Of a DNA stretch of 64,000 nucleotides, positions 47,805 to 57,933 are shown piece after piece. The DNA comes from Candidatus Gastranaerophilales bacterium. GTDB lineage: Bacteria; Cyanobacteriota; Vampirovibrionia; Gastranaerophilales; JAILCC01. How positions within the stretch are numbered: position 1 is the stretch's first letter; each line of letters starts with the position of its first letter. The stretch covers positions 5,532 through 69,531 of the forward strand of contig JAZLLQ010000031.1 in NCBI GenBank assembly GCA_045598245.1, read 5' to 3'. The notes under the pieces were generated by a model. That model saw only the letters and a list, made by a program, of their open reading frames with translations, did not search any database and had not been told where the DNA came from. The translations under genes and the position numbers were made by a program.

Positions 47805-48949
47805 TTTGTATAAATCCAACCGCAAGATAAATCTATTTTTAACTCTTTATCAGTTTTAATATAAACGACATCACCGGCTTTAAGATTAACTTTTCCGCCT
47901 TTAAATATTGCACGTAAAACTCTTGCTATCCAATTACGTTTAATTTCCGTATTAACATTCCCCGTTAACTGAGTTTTTTGTCCTATAGGAGTCGAAATAA
48001 CATTTGTATCCAAAATGACTTTACCATTTCTTATAAAATATCTTCCGACAGCAATATCCTTAATCTCACCGGCAATATTACTACCTTTCAAAATCAAAAT
48101 ATAGCCGTCTTTTGAAACAAGGTTTTCATTTGCATTTGTTAAAATAACTTCACCTTCTTCATTATTCTGTGAACTTAAATTTTCCACCAGAACAACCGGA
48201 AGATGCGAACCTGCGGGGATTATACCCATTGTACCGTTAATTGTAGCTTCAGGGATAACAACACCTTCACCTTTTTTAGGGCGCATAGCCTCGGCAAGTT
48301 TTTTATTGGGATTTAATTTTGCTTCTTCACGCATTTTATATACCAAAACAGCCAGCTCAGCTCTTGTAGCGTATCCTTCGGCATTAAATTTCTTTTCTCT
48401 GCCGGGAGCTTTTGCAGTAATACCGATAATCTCAGCTTTTGCGGCAGGAACTGTTAACCATTGAGGAATAGACTTAACATCGTCATATTGTTCAGCCAAA
48501 ACAACGAGTGCTTTGGCAGGCGTAATCGGCTGTGTTTCTATTGCATTAACTGCAACACTGACAGAATGAGCTTTTGTTACATAACCTTCAGGATTAAATT
48601 GTTTCGCACTACCGTCAATTAATTCAAAGTATACAGCTCTTTGAATCATATCATACGCCCAATGATAGTAGGGTACATCACTGAATTTAATTTCAGCTTT
48701 TATCGGAGAATGTTCTTGAGCTAAAGCCTTAATAACCATAGTCGAAAATTCCGCTCTGTCAACAAGTGCATCAGCCTTAAAATTTCCGTCAGGATATCCG
48801 ACAACAACCCCTTCTTTAGCCAATGTTTCAATTTCGTTATAAGCCCAATGACCTTGCGGTACATCCGGAAACTCCTGTCCAAAAGCCGAATTTGAAATAA
48901 CAAACGCACTAACAATGGGCAAAGCCAACAATGCCAATATTTTTTTCAT
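47801..48949 (-). CDS. secreted protein with three N-terminal SLH domains
   Basis: Sec signal MKKILALLALPIVSAFVISNSAFG. SLH repeats FPDVPQGHWAYNEIETLAKEGVVVGYPDGNFKADALVDRAEFSTMVIKAL, FSDVPYYHWAYDMIQRAV..., ...FNAEGYATRAELAVLVYKM. The C-terminal ~170 aa is unassigned. Confidence 0.8.
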   Translation of the reverse strand: MKKILALLALPIVSAFVISNSAFGQEFPDVPQGHWAYNEIETLAKEGVVVGYPDGNFKADALVDRAEFSTMVIKALAQEHSPIKAEIKFSDVPYYHWAYDMIQRAVYFELIDGSAKQFNPEGYVTKAHSVSVAVNAIETQPITPAKALVVLAEQYDDVKSIPQWLTVPAAKAEIIGITAKAPGREKKFNAEGYATRAELAVLVYKMREEAKLNPNKKLAEAMRPKKGEGVVIPEATINGTMGIIPAGSHLPVVLVENLSSQNNEEGEVILTNANENLVSKDGYILILKGSNIAGEIKDIAVGRYFIRNGKVILDTNVISTPIGQKTQLTGNVNTEIKRNWIARVLRAIFKGGKVNLKAGDVVYIKTDKELKIDLSCGWIYTK

Positions 48950-48973
48950 GAAAATTCTCCTTAAAAACTCTTA

Positions 48974-49261
48974 CTATTCTTCGTCTTCGTCATCAACTTC
49001 GTTTTCAAAAGCATCAACTACCGCATTAAATTCATCATCGTCCTCGATTTCTTCAAATGTGTAGCTGTCTTCTTCTTCGATTAAACGCATCAAGATTAAT
49101 TCTTCATCTTCTTCATTTTCAATAGGCGTACCGTCATCATTAACTCTTATTAATGCAGCATAATCCTTATTGTTGCATTTAAAAACATCAACTAATTCAA
49201 AACTTTGAATTTCACCGTTTTCGTCTTCGGTTTTAATAATATTTGATTCCAATTCTTCCAT
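48974..49261 (-). CDS. DUF1292-like acidic small protein
   Basis: 95 aa. DENGE..SFELVDVF.....DYAAL pattern and a poly-acidic tail. Usual neighbourhood next to ruvX. Confidence 0.6.
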   Translation of the reverse strand: MEELESNIIKTEDENGEIQSFELVDVFKCNNKDYAALIRVNDDGTPIENEEDEELILMRLIEEEDSYTFEEIEDDDEFNAVVDAFENEVDDEDEE

Positions 49262-49263
49262 TT

Positions 49264-49680
49264 TTACTCTCCTTTTGTATCTAAATATTCTTGTAAAATT
49301 ATAGTTGCGGCAACCATGTCAACTTTGCCTTTATCCTTTGTATACTTGACATTTTGCACTTTTAAGACCTCTTCAGCTTCATAACTTGTCAGTCTTTCAT
49401 CTACTAATATAACATCAATATTAGTTTTTTGTTCAATTTTTTTTGCAAAATCACTACAATCTTGAGCCTGAGGTCCGAAATCACCGTTCATCATTAACGG
49501 CAACCCCGCAACAATAACTTCAACCTGATTTTCGTCAACAATCTTTTTAATCATATCAAGCGCATTTTTTTCAGGATTTCTGGGAATTGTAGAAAACGGT
49601 TGCGCGGTAATTAAAAGCAGATCACTAAGGGCAACTCCTATTCTTTTTGTCCCAATATCCAACCCCATAACTCTAAACAT
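49264..49680 (-). CDS. ruvX: Holliday-junction resolvase-like nuclease YqgF/RuvX
   Basis: VMGLDIGTKRIGVALSD ... ERLTSYEAE. Start ambiguous (ATG at 49680 or 49668; track 49710). Confidence 0.85.
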   Translation of the reverse strand: MFRVMGLDIGTKRIGVALSDLLLITAQPFSTIPRNPEKNALDMIKKIVDENQVEVIVAGLPLMMNGDFGPQAQDCSDFAKKIEQKTNIDVILVDERLTSYEAEEVLKVQNVKYTKDKGKVDMVAATIILQEYLDTKGE

Positions 49681-51328
49681 CAGCTTTATCCCACTTTTCT
49701 TCAAGTGCATTTAATAAAGCAAACGCATCTGCTTCGGAAATAACTGTTTTTTGGGATTTTTTACTTGCAAACATGTTATCTTCTTCATTATTATCACCTG
49801 CAACAAGAGTAGCTAAATATTGAAGAATAGAACGCCTAATAACATCTTTTAAAAACTTTTTATCAGCACTGATATTATTAGCAATATTTACAGCGATATT
49901 AGCAATATCATTAGAGCAATTCAAGAAAAATACAAGAGCAGCATGTCTGAGCATATCAGCATATTCGCTGGTTTTTTCTGCATTAAAAACATTCATCCAG
50001 ATTTCTTCAATTTTATTTTCGACATTCTCATATATGACAGAAATATCTTCATTCACTAAAGTCAAAACATAATCAATAAGTTGCTGAACCGCATAATTAT
50101 CATCATATTCAAAAAACCAACTATCAAATATTTCAGTATCATATAACTTCGTATAAATATCAGTCGAAAACTCATTTATTTCATCTGTTATCAATGAATT
50201 AAAATCTATATTTTCAACTTCAATGTCAGCCGTATAAATACTCCAGCAAATGTATTCATACGGCAAATAATTAGAAGTTTCATTATTGTTTTTTTCGGCC
50301 TTTGTTAAAAGAAATTTTGCCTGACCCGAGCTAATCGGAACAACTACATCATTTGCTTTAAATCTTGTTATAACTTTTTGAAAATCAGTAATCGGAATAT
50401 TTTGAAGTCCAAAACAATCAATAACACCACTTGAGGCATTTATGACAGTACTAAACATTGAAACCTGTTTATTGCTATCAATTCTGCTGAATATAAGTCC
50501 TTGATTACCGCACCCGTCAACCTGACTTAAATATGCCTTATAAAAAACCGATGCCTTACACACCTCTTTTTCCCTGAGAGTCAAAATATTTTCATTATCA
50601 ATTTCAACACCATCAGTTTTTAACTGGTTTAATGCTCTTAAAGCATCTTTTTTCAAATCATCGTCAACACTCATTTCCAAAAAAGATTTTAACGGATTTA
50701 CCGAAAAATAAGATTTTGAATCAGCTAATATTGAAATAACAGCTGATTTAACATCATGTGACAATTTTATCCTTAGACATGGGGCAACTACATTAGCAAT
50801 TTCATCACCTTGAAAATCGTCTTGTAATGAACGAATTAACTGCACTTGTTCTGACGGGTTCAACGAAGTTAAAAAATCAAGAAAATCAATTTGAGCCTCA
50901 GGATTAACTGTTGCTAATTCCAAAAGTTCAAGTGTTTGATTATCTACAACATCATCGAAATTCTCGAAACACTCCATTAACTCATTTGTATCAATTTTAC
51001 CGCCTAAATTCCTAAGCAACTGCAAATAAACTTCCTTTTTTTTATCGGGAATATTTTTATCTCTGACTAAATTCCAGATTGCATCTTCGACCTTTTCCAA
51101 AGTTGTAAAATCAGAAATAATGTATTTTACTGCATCAAGTTCCATACCCTGAGCAGAAGTCAACTCTTTCAAAAGGAATTCAACAATAAAATCAGCCTCG
51201 TTAAGTTTTCTCAATTCACCGATATTATCTAAGTGAAAATTAGAATGAAAATCATCCTCAGATTTATAACTTTTTATTATTTCCAAAATTTTTGCTCTAA
51301 GTTGTAACTTATTAAGTTTTTCAGCCAT
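49673..51328 (-). CDS. hypothetical 551-aa acidic protein
   Basis: Long ORF without a recognisable motif. Its start overlaps the stop of the upstream ClpX-type zinc-finger gene by 1 nt (TAATG). Confidence 0.6.
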   Translation of the reverse strand: MAEKLNKLQLRAKILEIIKSYKSEDDFHSNFHLDNIGELRKLNEADFIVEFLLKELTSAQGMELDAVKYIISDFTTLEKVEDAIWNLVRDKNIPDKKKEVYLQLLRNLGGKIDTNELMECFENFDDVVDNQTLELLELATVNPEAQIDFLDFLTSLNPSEQVQLIRSLQDDFQGDEIANVVAPCLRIKLSHDVKSAVISILADSKSYFSVNPLKSFLEMSVDDDLKKDALRALNQLKTDGVEIDNENILTLREKEVCKASVFYKAYLSQVDGCGNQGLIFSRIDSNKQVSMFSTVINASSGVIDCFGLQNIPITDFQKVITRFKANDVVVPISSGQAKFLLTKAEKNNNETSNYLPYEYICWSIYTADIEVENIDFNSLITDEINEFSTDIYTKLYDTEIFDSWFFEYDDNYAVQQLIDYVLTLVNEDISVIYENVENKIEEIWMNVFNAEKTSEYADMLRHAALVFFLNCSNDIANIAVNIANNISADKKFLKDVIRRSILQYLATLVAGDNNEEDNMFASKKSQKTVISEADAFALLNALEEKWDKADV

Positions 51329-51630
51329 TATTTATCAGTTGCACTCCATAACGATGCCAATATTTTTTTAGCTTCATCAGATGGTATCCTGTCTTCCAGA
51401 ATAAAATATTGAACCGCAATCATTGTACATTCGGAACAAATATTCACCCCCGGGCCCTCTATCATTTTGACGACCTGAGTATTAGGTCTGCCACAAAACG
51501 AACAATACACAGGTTTGTCAGGAGTATAAGTCCCTTCAGATACCGCCATTTGCTTATTCTCAGCCTTCTTATCTTTATCCTTTCCTCTTGCATTTGCCAG
51601 AGAAACGACTTTTGTTTCTTCGTCAGCCAT
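51328..51630 (-). CDS. stand-alone ClpX-type C4 zinc-finger protein
   Basis: CSFCGRPNTQVVKMIEGPGVNICSECTMIAVQYF matches the ClpX N-terminal zinc-binding domain pattern (C-x2-C...C-x2-C). There is no AAA+ module. ATG at 51630 with AGGTG SD. Confidence 0.65.
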   Translation of the reverse strand: MADEETKVVSLANARGKDKDKKAENKQMAVSEGTYTPDKPVYCSFCGRPNTQVVKMIEGPGVNICSECTMIAVQYFILEDRIPSDEAKKILASLWSATDK

Positions 51631-51693
51631 ATTCACACCTTTTTCTAATCAATCTAAATTATACGACACTTTTGCTCTTTAGTAAAACAAATG

Positions 51694-52320
51694 TTACATA
51701 TACTTTAATATTTCCAAAAGATTTTTATTATCAATTATAACATTTGCTTCTTTTTTTAATACTTCTTTTGCACAAAATGCAACTTTCACTCCTGCATATT
51801 TAAACATACTCAAATCATTAGCTCCGTCACCGACAACCATAGTTTCATCAGCTGAAATCCCAATAACCTTTTGAAGTTTTTGGAGCATAAAACCTTTTGA
51901 ATTTGATGTCATCATATCCCCACCAACAAGTCCTGTTAAAAGTCCGTTTTTTTCATGTAAAAAATTTGCAAAATAAACATCATATCCTAAAATCTTTTGT
52001 GCAAATTCAACAGCACCATCAAAACCACCGCTAAAACAAACCGTTTTTATCCCACGCTTTTTCAATTCTGAAATTAATTCTTTAGCACCTTTCATATATG
52101 GCAAAGACTTGAACACTTTTTCAACATGAGAAACAGGAGTGCCTTTCAGAAAAGCACATCTCATAGTTAAACTCTCAAAGAAGTCCAACTCTCCTGCCAT
52201 AGCTCTGTCTGTGATTGATTTTAGTTTGGCTCGTAAATCACCGTCCTGAGCCAATAGCTCAAGAGTCTCACCATCCATCAAGGTTGAATCAAAATCAAAA
52301 ACTGCAAGCCTGATACTCAT
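51694..52320 (-). CDS. HAD-IB hydrolase, phosphoserine-phosphatase-like
   Basis: AVFDFDSTL (motif I), FSGGF (motif II region), VGDGANDLSM (motif III/IV). 208 aa. Confidence 0.75.
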   Translation of the reverse strand: MSIRLAVFDFDSTLMDGETLELLAQDGDLRAKLKSITDRAMAGELDFFESLTMRCAFLKGTPVSHVEKVFKSLPYMKGAKELISELKKRGIKTVCFSGGFDGAVEFAQKILGYDVYFANFLHEKNGLLTGLVGGDMMTSNSKGFMLQKLQKVIGISADETMVVGDGANDLSMFKYAGVKVAFCAKEVLKKEANVIIDNKNLLEILKYM

Positions 52321-52322
52321 AA

Positions 52323-52841
52323 TTAATAATCTTGAGCACCTTCTGATTCGTCATCATTCAAGGCTGCCAAGTCTTCCTGATAATCCGCATCAAAATCTTC
52401 CGGAAGTTTATCGGAATCAGGCCATACCGTATATTTATCAAACGAACATTGACTCAAATTTTGAGATAAACTCAAATCCGACTCGGATAAATCTGCTTCG
52501 GAAAAATCAGCTCCACTCATGTCAGCATCAGCAAAATCACAATATGAAATATTTGCATTATTAAATTTTGTACCGTTCAAAATTGCATTGACAAAAGAAA
52601 CCCCATTCAACTCAGAACGAGCAAAAGTAGCACTTGTCAAATCACTATCCTCAAATGAAGAATTGCTTAATGTTGTTTCGGAAAAATTAGAACCTGATAA
52701 GTCTAAATCTTTAAAGAAAGCACCATCAACCTCTATGCCTGAAAAATCACTTTCGGTTAAATCTTCCGTACAATTTTTAACTTCTTCATTGAATTCATCA
52801 ACTTCCGCATTTTTTAATAAATTAAATAAATTTTCGCTCAT
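52323..52841 (-). CDS. pentapeptide-repeat protein, highly acidic
   Basis: Runs of A(D/N)(L/M/F)S(G/E/x) pentads: DLSGSNFSETTLSNSSFEDSDLTSATFARSELNGVSF...ADMSGADFSEADLSESDLS. Confidence 0.8.
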   Translation of the reverse strand: MSENLFNLLKNAEVDEFNEEVKNCTEDLTESDFSGIEVDGAFFKDLDLSGSNFSETTLSNSSFEDSDLTSATFARSELNGVSFVNAILNGTKFNNANISYCDFADADMSGADFSEADLSESDLSLSQNLSQCSFDKYTVWPDSDKLPEDFDADYQEDLAALNDDESEGAQDY

Positions 52842-52851
52842 ATATTTTCCT

Positions 52852-53493
52852 TTACTGTAAAATATTCATCTGCATCGCAACTAAAATAGCCTGCGTTCTG
52901 TTTGACACATTTAATTTTTTAAATATCTTGTTTAAATGAGTCTTAACAGTAACTTCTCTTACAAAAAGTTTATCCGCAATAGTTGCATTGTTATCCCCAT
53001 GTGCAACACAAGATAAAATTTCTTTTTCTCGCTGCGTAAGAGGAACAATAGGTTCATCATTACTTACATGGATATTAACATTTTTTGTTTTATTTGCAAT
53101 TTCTTTTTCAGCTATTTTTACTCTTCTTAAAATAGCTTCCACCCTTGCCAACAAGTTTGGTAAAGAAAATGGTTTAACAATATAATCATCAGCACCAAAC
53201 TTTAAACCGAAAATTTGCTTTTGCTCGGTATCAACAGCCGTAAGCATTATTACGGGAAGTGTTTCCAAATGTTCTTTGCTTCTTATAACTTTCAATGTTT
53301 CAAAGCCATCCATATTCGGCATCATAACATCAAGGATAACCAAATCAATATCGTTATCTTTATTTGTCAAAACCTGTAAAGCCTGCAACCCATCATATGC
53401 GACCTGAACCTCATAACCGAAAGTAGGCAACACATCTGCCAAATATTTAGGATTATCATCAACTATTAATATTTTTGCTATTGCTCCCGGCAT
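52852..53493 (-). CDS. NarL/LuxR-family response regulator
   Basis: REC (ILIVDDNPKY...DLVILDVMMPNMDG...KFGADDYIVKP) plus C-terminal LuxR HTH (LTQREKEILSCVAHGDNNATIADKLFVREVTVKTHLNKIFKKLNVSNR). Confidence 0.9.
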   Translation of the reverse strand: MPGAIAKILIVDDNPKYLADVLPTFGYEVQVAYDGLQALQVLTNKDNDIDLVILDVMMPNMDGFETLKVIRSKEHLETLPVIMLTAVDTEQKQIFGLKFGADDYIVKPFSLPNLLARVEAILRRVKIAEKEIANKTKNVNIHVSNDEPIVPLTQREKEILSCVAHGDNNATIADKLFVREVTVKTHLNKIFKKLNVSNRTQAILVAMQMNILQ

Positions 53494-53550
53494 GTAAAAA
53501 TCTCCCTTTTTTTAAATTATAACAGTTATTTTAATTTTTCGGAAGTCTTA

Positions 53551-53583
53551 ACAAACAGAGAATAAAAAATATTCTCTGTTTGT
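53551..53583 (-). terminator. perfect 14-bp stem-loop downstream of thrC
   Basis: ACAAACAGAGAATA (53551-53564), loop AAAAA, TATTCTCTGTTTGT (53570-53583), starting 10 nt after the thrC stop. There is no strong U-tract, so it may act as a terminator or an RNA-stability element. Confidence 0.55.
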
Positions 53584-53592
53584 ATGAGAAAA

Positions 53593-54663
53593 CTAGAATT
53601 TCAAAATTTCTGCAATTTTTTCTAAATCGGTAGGAACTTTTTGAACAGGCGTATTAGAATACTTAATGGCACTGTCGGGATCCTTCAAACCATTACCGGT
53701 CAATACACAGGCAATAGTTGAACCTTTTTCGATTTTTCCTGCCTTGTAAGATTTATAAAGTCCGGCAACGGAAGCAGCACTGGCAGGTTCTGCCAAAATA
53801 CCCTCAGTTCTCGCCATAGTTCTGTATGCTTCAATAATTTCTTCATCGGTTACGCAATCAATAATACCGCCGGATTCATCTCTTGCAGCTTCAGCTTTAG
53901 TCCAGCTAGCAGGATTCCCTATTCTTATTGCTGTTGCAATTGTTTCCGGTTTTAATATTCTTTCACCTTTGACAATCGCTGCCGCACCCAATGCTTCAAA
54001 ACCAAACATCTTAGGCTTATTTGAAACAATACCTTTGTCAAAATATTCTTTAAAACCTTTCCAATAAGCAGTAATATTACCTGCATTACCGACAGGAATA
54101 CACAAATAATCAGGTGCCTGCCCTAAAACATCACACATTTCAAAAGCCGATGTCTTTTGTCCTTCAATTCGGTAAGGATTAACGGAATTAACCAACTTTA
54201 CGGGATAAGTTTCAGCAATTTTCCGAACAATTTCCAATGCCTCATCAAAGTTACCGTCAATTGCAATAACTTCCGCACCATACATCATAGCCTGAGAAAG
54301 TTTACCAAGTGCAATATATCCGTCAGGAATAACAATAAAAGTTTTCAAACCTGCTTTTGCACCGTATGCAGCAGCAGAAGCACTTGTATTACCGGTACTT
54401 GCACAGATAATAGAAGTTGCACCTTCTTCTTTGGCTTTAGAAACAGCCATTGTCATACCCCTATCTTTAAAACTTCCCGTAGGATTTGCACCGTCAAATT
54501 TTAAATATATATCAGCGTCAATACCTAATGCTTTTGCCAAATTTTTTGCGTGAATAAAAGGCGTATTGCCTTCATTCAAAGTAACAACCGGAGTATTATC
54601 GCTAACAGGCAAAAAATCTCGGTACCTGTTAATTAAACCTGTATATTTTTCACATTTTCCCAT
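53593..54663 (-). CDS. thrC: threonine synthase
   Basis: PLP-lysine motif [15 protein letters not shown]-like [10 protein letters not shown]. 356 aa. Immediately downstream of hom. Confidence 0.9.
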   Translation of the reverse strand: MGKCEKYTGLINRYRDFLPVSDNTPVVTLNEGNTPFIHAKNLAKALGIDADIYLKFDGANPTGSFKDRGMTMAVSKAKEEGATSIICASTGNTSASAAAYGAKAGLKTFIVIPDGYIALGKLSQAMMYGAEVIAIDGNFDEALEIVRKIAETYPVKLVNSVNPYRIEGQKTSAFEMCDVLGQAPDYLCIPVGNAGNITAYWKGFKEYFDKGIVSNKPKMFGFEALGAAAIVKGERILKPETIATAIRIGNPASWTKAEAARDESGGIIDCVTDEEIIEAYRTMARTEGILAEPASAASVAGLYKSYKAGKIEKGSTIACVLTGNGLKDPDSAIKYSNTPVQKVPTDLEKIAEILKF

Positions 54664-54666
54664 AAT

Positions 54667-55941
54667 TTACAACTCCATAACCCTAATTAAATTGTGAACA
54701 GTATTAATAGCGGGAAGTGACTTCAACTCTTTCAGAGCTGCAGTCAAATCTTTTTCTTTTGTAAGCCCCGTCAAAATAACAATTGTGGCAAGCCCATCCG
54801 CACTTACATCTTTTTGTATAATATAATTCAAATTAATACCGTAATTACTACAGATATTGCCAATAGCGCCAATAACGCCAGGAGTATCATCAGCATCAAT
54901 TCTTACAAAATATTTGTTCATAGTTTCTTCAATCGGAACGATAACAGCTTTTTCGGTGTTGTTACAACGCATTTCAGGGAGTAAAACATTTGTTGTTTGA
55001 ATTTCGCTTACAATTGCTAAAACATCCGCACAAACAGAGCTTGCAGTAGGCATTTCACCAGCTCCGGGACCCGTAAACATAACCTGATTAACAGGTTTTG
55101 CTTTTATAACCACAGAATTGGTTACATTGTTTATGTGTGCAAGAGGATGTTCCTGAGAAACTAACATCGGATGAACTCTGACATCAAGTTTTCCGTTTAC
55201 ATCCTGAGCTAATGCAATCAACTTAATTTTGTACCCAAAGTCCTCTGCATACTTAAATTCAATAGGGCTAAGAGTGTCAATGCCTTCTCTGTAAATTTGA
55301 GATTGGTCAATTTTCTTTTTAAAACCAATTGATGCAAGAATCGCAATTTTATAAGCCGCATCATATCCAAGAACATCTCCGGTAGGGTCAGCTTCTGCAT
55401 AACCCAGCTCTTGAGCTTCTTTTAATACAACTTCATAATCCGCATTATCTTCATCCATTTTGGTCAAAATGTAGTTCGTAGTACCATTTAAAATACCTGC
55501 TATTTTTTCAAATTTATTGGCTGCTAAAGACATTTTCATAGGCATAATAATAGGAATACCACCACCGACTGCAGCTTCAAAAAGCAACAAAACATTGTTA
55601 GCTTTTGCAATTTCAAAAAGCTCATCGCCTTTTTTTGCTATTAATTCTTTATTGGCAGTAACAACGTGTTTCCCGCTTTCAAGAGCCATTTTTATAAATT
55701 CATAAGCAGCACCGGTACCGCCTATAACTTCAATGATTATATCAATATCAGGATTTGTGACAATAATTTTTGCATCTTCTGTCAATAAATTTTTATCCAA
55801 TCCGTCAATTTCTTGTACTAATGCTTTATCCTTTACGGCAATTTTAACAATTTTAACATCAGGACAATCTCTGAGTACTTTATAAACACCGCCACCGACT
55901 GTTCCCAAGCCTAACAGTCCTACGTTTACAATTTGTTTCAT
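54667..55941 (-). CDS. hom: homoserine dehydrogenase (with C-terminal ACT domain)
   Basis: N-terminal NAD motif VGLLGLGTVGGGV. Catalytic-domain block GILNGTTNYILT...A...GYAEADPT.D..G.D.A.K. ACT-like C-terminus. Confidence 0.9.
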   Translation of the reverse strand: MKQIVNVGLLGLGTVGGGVYKVLRDCPDVKIVKIAVKDKALVQEIDGLDKNLLTEDAKIIVTNPDIDIIIEVIGGTGAAYEFIKMALESGKHVVTANKELIAKKGDELFEIAKANNVLLLFEAAVGGGIPIIMPMKMSLAANKFEKIAGILNGTTNYILTKMDEDNADYEVVLKEAQELGYAEADPTGDVLGYDAAYKIAILASIGFKKKIDQSQIYREGIDTLSPIEFKYAEDFGYKIKLIALAQDVNGKLDVRVHPMLVSQEHPLAHINNVTNSVVIKAKPVNQVMFTGPGAGEMPTASSVCADVLAIVSEIQTTNVLLPEMRCNNTEKAVIVPIEETMNKYFVRIDADDTPGVIGAIGNICSNYGINLNYIIQKDVSADGLATIVILTGLTKEKDLTAALKELKSLPAINTVHNLIRVMEL

Positions 55942-56119
55942 GTTACATCCTTTCGATTATTATTCTATGTATATTTAAGCATAAAGACAGAAGTTTAAAA
56001 AGTCAAATTTTCTGTTAATTTTCCTGAAATTTTATACAAAATTCGAGTAAAACAATTTGCCAATAAGTACAAATAGTGATATTCTTTAATAAAAAGAGGA
56101 AGAAAAGACAGGAGTAATT

Positions 56120-56620
56120 ATGGCTAAAGATTGCAGTTTTGACGTTGTATCCGAATTTGATGCACAAGAATTATTAAATGCGGTTGACCAAACACGCAGA
56201 GATATATCAACAAGATTTGATTTAAAAGGTTCTGATTCGCAAGTAGATTTAGAGGCAGGAAAATCAATAACTATCACAACTAACGATGAAACAAAACTAA
56301 GAAACATTTTAGATATTCTTCAATCAAAAATGATTAAAAGAAACTTGAGCATAAAAATTTTAGATGCTCAAAAAGTCGAAAATTCTTTAGGCGGTAACGT
56401 AAGACAAGTTTTTAATCTGAAAAAAGGTTTAACACAAGAGCTTGCTAAAAAAATCGTAGCAGATATAAAGGCTTCAAAATTAAAAGTTCAAGCAGCTATT
56501 CAAGGTGAGCAGGTAAGAGTTTCAGGGAAAAGCAAAGACGACTTGCAGGACGTAATAAGACTTCTTAAAGAAAAAGAAGAAAGTTACAACATCCCGTTAC
56601 AATTCACTAATTACAGGTAA
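56120..56620 (+). CDS. yajQ: YajQ family (UPF0234) nucleotide / cyclic-di-GMP-binding protein
   Basis: 166 aa. SFDVVSEFDAQELLNAVDQTRRDISTRFDLKG and C-terminal PLQFTNYR are characteristic. AGGAG SD. Confidence 0.85.
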   Translation: MAKDCSFDVVSEFDAQELLNAVDQTRRDISTRFDLKGSDSQVDLEAGKSITITTNDETKLRNILDILQSKMIKRNLSIKILDAQKVENSLGGNVRQVFNLKKGLTQELAKKIVADIKASKLKVQAAIQGEQVRVSGKSKDDLQDVIRLLKEKEESYNIPLQFTNYR

Positions 56621-56625
56621 AAATC

Positions 56626-57933
56626 ATGCTTAGAGTAGGAGCAATAAATCTCGGCTGCCCTAAAAATCTTGTAGATATGGAATTGATGCTTGGATACATT
56701 GAGAAAGCAGGCTATAAAACCACTTTAGATGTAGAAAATGCTGACATTGTTTTGGTTAACACTTGTGCCTTTATTGCAGATGCTCAACGTGAAAGCATTG
56801 CAACACTTGTCGAATTAATTGATAAGAAAAAACCTGTTATAGTAGCAGGCTGCCTTCCTCAGAAATTCAAAATGGAATTAAAGGAAGAATTACCTGAGAT
56901 TTTTGCATTCATCGGAACATCAGATATATCAAAAGTAGCAGATATTCTAAAAGACTTTGAAGCAGGAGAAATCAAAAGCATTTACAATGTAACGGAAAAC
57001 CCTGTATACTTCTATCCTGAAGATATAGAAAGAACTCAAATTACTGTTGGTTCAAGTGCATACGTAAAAATAGCTGAAGGTTGTAACTACAAGTGCGCAT
57101 ACTGCGTCATTCCACAACTAAAAGGACCCTATCGTTCAAGAAGTATTGATAATATTTATAAAGAAGCACTTGTGCTTGCAAAAAAAGGAGTAAGCGAAAT
57201 AATTTTAATTGCACAAGACACATCATATTACGGCTTTGATAAATTCGGTTCACCTATTCTTGCAAGTTTACTCGAAAAGCTGAATACCATTGAAGAACTT
57301 GATTGGATAAGAGTAATGTACACATATCCTTCAATGATTAATGATGAATTGATTTCAGCTATAAAGAACTGTGACAAAGTTGTGAAATATTTGGATATTC
57401 CGCTTCAACATTCACACAAAGAAGTATTAAAACGAATGAACAGACCTCTTATGGACTATCGGGAACTAATCCTGAAAATCAGAAAGGAAATTCCTGATAT
57501 CACTTTGAGAACATCTCTAATTGTGGGTTTCCCCGGCGAAACAGAAGAAGAATTTGAAGATTTACACAATTTTGTAAAAGAAATAAAATTCGACAGAATG
57601 GGTGTTTTTGAATTTTCAAGAGAAAAAGGTTCTCAAGCCTATTCAATGAAACCTCAAATACAAGCTAAAATAAAAAAACAACGCAGAAAAATCTTAATGG
57701 AAGAACAGGCAAAAATTTCAAAAGAAATAAATGAAAGTTTTATAGGGAAAAAGATACCTGTCTTAATAGAAACCGTAATTTCAAACGGGCAGGTAATTGC
57801 TCGCTCACACAGAGATGCCCCCGATGTAGACGGACTCGTATACATAGAAACAGACAAAATAGTTTCCCCCGGTGACATAGAACAAGCTGAAATTTATGCT
57901 GCAACCGAATATGATTTATTTGGCAAAATCTAG
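56626..57933 (+). CDS. rimO: ribosomal protein S12 methylthiotransferase RimO (MiaB-family radical SAM)
   Basis: N-terminal UPF0004 domain (LGCPKNLVDME...NTCAFI). Radical-SAM CNYKCAYC. C-terminal TRAM. 435 aa. Confidence 0.85.
   Translation: MLRVGAINLGCPKNLVDMELMLGYIEKAGYKTTLDVENADIVLVNTCAFIADAQRESIATLVELIDKKKPVIVAGCLPQKFKMELKEELPEIFAFIGTSDISKVADILKDFEAGEIKSIYNVTENPVYFYPEDIERTQITVGSSAYVKIAEGCNYKCAYCVIPQLKGPYRSRSIDNIYKEALVLAKKGVSEIILIAQDTSYYGFDKFGSPILASLLEKLNTIEELDWIRVMYTYPSMINDELISAIKNCDKVVKYLDIPLQHSHKEVLKRMNRPLMDYRELILKIRKEIPDITLRTSLIVGFPGETEEEFEDLHNFVKEIKFDRMGVFEFSREKGSQAYSMKPQIQAKIKKQRRKILMEEQAKISKEINESFIGKKIPVLIETVISNGQVIARSHRDAPDVDGLVYIETDKIVSPGDIEQAEIYAATEYDLFGKI

Noticed and set aside
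47805-47830. Expected fluoride riboswitch (crcB motif) upstream of crcB.
   Set aside because: crcB starts inside the end of the preceding SLH gene (ATGA overlap), so there is no leader region that could hold a riboswitch.
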